The notes under the pieces were generated by a model. The model saw only the letters and a program-made list of their open reading frames with translations, ran no database searches and was not told the DNA's origin. A stretch of DNA of 64,000 nt from the human T2T-CHM13v2.0 reference genome, Homo sapiens: the NCBI RefSeq assembly GCF_009914755.1, contig NC_060925.1; one strand, written 5' to 3'. Of this stretch, positions 60,985 to 64,000 are shown piece by piece. Positions within the stretch are counted from its first letter, which is position 1; the number at the start of each line of letters is the position of its first letter. The translations under genes were made by a program, and so were the position numbers.

Positions 60985-61595
60985 TGCAGAATTTAATTGC
61001 AGAATTCCAACATGGGCTCCAAGACTTCCGGCCCTTGGTGTCCACGCCCTGCAAGATCCCCTGGAAGGTGAAGAGGACAAACTCGACTCCCCAGAGCAGG
61101 TTCCGTTTTGCGGCACGGGTGACCTTAAAACAGGGAGATGACCTGAGTAGGCCTAACCTGACCACACGAGCCCTTTTCTCTGGCTGGTCACAGAAAAGGA
61201 AGTCAAGGATGCGAAGCACGGGAGGGTTTCTGTTCACCACTGCTGGCTTGAAGACACACGAGGCTACATGGCAGGAATGTGGTGGCTTCCAGGTGCTGAA
61301 AACGGACCCAGCTGACAGCCAGCAAGGAAATGGGACCTCAGTCCTCCAGCCTCAAGGAACTGAATTCTGCCAACAACAAGGAGTGAGCATGGATGTGGAC
61401 TTTTCCCCAGGGCCTCCAGATGAGAACTCAACCCACTCGATACTTTGATGTCCTGAACCTTGTGATATCCTGAGCAGAACACCCAGCTACACCACGCCAG
61501 GCATCAGACCCACACAACTGTGAGCTCATGGTGAGTGCTGTTTTAAGCCACTAAGTTTGCAGTAATTTGTGACACAGCCATGCAAAATAATACAA
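60985..61595 (+). mobile_element. MLT1 LTR
   Basis: GGAACTGAATTCTGCCAACAAC...TTTTAAGCCACTAAGTTTG...TAATACA. Confidence 0.7.
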
Positions 61596-61989
61596 CTGGG
61601 AAGGTTTTAAAAAACAGCTGTGCAAAGAAAATATACATGGAAGCTGGATCTGAAGATTACTCAAAAAGCCTGGCAGAGAAATAGATAACAAAAAAGAAGC
61701 AAAAGATATGAAAACTTATCAGCCCCCATCTTTTGCTAACCTTGTACTCTGCTTTCTTCTTTAGAGCATTTGGAGTCTGTGGTTGAACAACACGTATTTC
61801 TGTTTATTGTGGATTGCCTGTGTTCCCCAGTGGAATACAAACTCCACGGAATGAAGCTTTCAGCTGTTTTGGTTCATTGCTTGTGTCCTCAGTGCCTGGG
61901 ACAGCATCTGACACTCAGCAGGCTCAAAATATATATATATATGCATGTGTGTATATATATGTTTGTTGGATGAATGAACCAATCAATGA

Positions 61990-63800
61990 GTAATAGGAAT
62001 TCCAGAAGGACAAAATAAACATAATGAGGGCAAAGAAAATATTCAAAGAGAGAATGACTGAGAATTTTCCCACAATTGATGCAGGACATAAATATTCAGC
62101 TTTAAGAATCACAGTGAGTCACACACAAGATAAACAAAAACTTCACTCTAAAAACAAAACAAAAAATACCCTCCATTGTAGTGAAGCTACATATCACCAA
62201 AGACAAAGAGAATGTCTTCAAAGCAGTCTTTCAATGTGAGAAAAGATAGAAATGACAAACTTCCTAGACAGGAGCAGCAATTACACCAACAGCAGCCTTC
62301 TCAGCTTCTCAGCAGCCTTCTCAGCATAATGAATGCCAAATAAAAAAAGGAAGAATATCTGCAAAGTGCTGAGGGAAGATCCCTATCCCATCTTCAATTG
62401 TACTAACTATTCAAGAGTAAAAGAAAAATAACAATGAGAGAATTTACCATTCCCAAAAAAATTGCTGAAAGCACCATTAAAGGTGTACTTTAGGAAGGAC
62501 TTTGAATGAAGCAATGATGAACAAATAGGCAAACACAAACTGGTAAGAATGTGAGAAGATCTAAAAAAGGATTAAAAATTTAGAAATAAGCATAACAACA
62601 AATTTGGGAAAGTAAAAACAAACTGAAACTAAAATACTGGGCAACAGCATCGTGGCAGATGAAAGGGAAGTGAGTTAGAGCTAAAGCTATCTAAAGTCCT
62701 CATATTACTCAGGGGTATACATGTTAAAAATGTTAAGAGTACAGAATGAAATTGACTATAAACCTTCCAAATGAGTTGAGGGGGAAAAGAGGAGATATAA
62801 AGAAAATTTGATCAATCCAAGAGATGGCAGGAAAAGAGAAAAAAGGAGAAAAGAGAAGGGTAATATATAAAGTACAAAATAAGATAACAGAATTCCATCC
62901 ACATATCTAGTTATTACAACAAATGTAAAGAGATTAAACTTGCCAGCTAAAAGATAGGGACCCTATAATTAGATTTTAAATGATGAATCCCCTATACACC
63001 GTCTACAAAAGATAGACCTAAAACATTACAAAGAGATTAAAAGTGAAGAAATGAAAGAAAATATTTGTAAATCATATATCTGATGAGGAACATGCATCTA
63101 TATAAAGAACTCATACAAGCCAGGCACAGTGGTACACGCCTGTGATCCTAGCTACTCAAAAGTCTAATACTAGAGAATTACTTGGGCCCAGGACTTCAAA
63201 GCCCTCCTGGACAACATAGTAAGGCCCTGTCTCTAAAAGTATTGATTAATTAATTTAAAAAGAACTCTTACAATTCAATAATTTAAAAAAATCCAATTTT
63301 AAAGTAGACAAAGGATCTGAAAGGACATTTCTTCAACAAATTATACACAAATAAGCCATAATCACATGAAAAAATATTCAACATCTTTATGCACAAAGTA
63401 AACTCAAATCAAAATGACAATGAGATACCACTTCTCACCCACTAGGGTGACTATAATCAAAAAGACAGATAATAACAGGTATTGGCAAGTATGTGAAGAA
63501 ACTGGAACCCTCACACATGCTGGTAAGAATGTGAACTGATGCAATACACATGGAAAACAATTCAGCAGTTTCTCAAAATGGTACAGAGAATTACCATATG
63601 ATCCAGCAGTTCTACTCCTAGATATATACCCAAAAGAACTGAAAACCTAGACTCACACAAAAAAATGTGTACACAAATGTGTACAGTAGCCAAAAAGTGG
63701 AAACAACTCAAATGTGTATCACTATGAATGGATAAACAAAACAAAACATAGTAGATCCATACAATGGAATATTATTTGGGCATAAAAAGAAATGAAGTAC
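61990..63800 (+). mobile_element. Degraded L1M fragments with a nested Alu monomer (about 63117-63240)
   Basis: A-rich L1 ORF2/3' text (AATGAGATACCAC; ACCATATGATCCAGCAG; ATACAATGGAATATTATT). Confidence 0.7.
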
Positions 63801-64000
63801 TGCCTGTAATCCCAGCACTTTGGGAGGTCAAGGTGGGAGGATTGCTTGAGTCCAGGGGTTCAAGACCAGCCTGGGCAACATGGCAAAACCCCGTCTCTAC
63901 AAAGAATACAAAAATTAGCCGGGCGTGTTAGCATGTGCACCTGTAGTCCCAGCTACTTGGGAGGCTGAGGTGGAAAGATCGCTTGCACCCAGGGGGTCAA
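63801..64000 (+). mobile_element. Alu (runs off the window)
   Basis: GCCTGTAATCCCAGCACTTTGGGAGG onward. Confidence 0.88.

Overview
Primate (almost certainly human) genomic DNA, recognised from the encoded proteins as 1p36.31. The + strand carries the 3' two-thirds of KCNAB2 (Kv-beta2, aldo-keto-reductase fold). I located 13 common coding exons from 18435 to the TAA at 44258, one 45-nt cassette exon, and a 3' UTR ending near 46875. The - strand carries the last 9 exons of CHD5 (58686 down to about 47472), tail-to-tail with KCNAB2 across about 600 bp. The rest is GC-rich intron with many Alu, MLT1, MER and L1 copies, a CpG-rich minisatellite and a 2.1-kb (GGAT/GGAG)n tract. The main finding is an intact, in-phase alternative first coding exon at 11745-11956. 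It would give Kv-beta2 a Kv-beta1.1-like N-terminal inactivation ball (MQVSFVCSEH...MKYR), although Kv-beta2 is classically the non-inactivating beta subunit. Other findings: a cassette exon that looks like a duplicate of an upstream exon, a duplicated splice donor with a built-in stop codon, a U12-type intron in CHD5, and a YCAY-dense AG-free tract of about 2.15 kb abutting a CHD5 acceptor. Exon boundaries were read by hand from AG/GT signals and codon phase. Repeat family names and boundaries are by-eye estimates.
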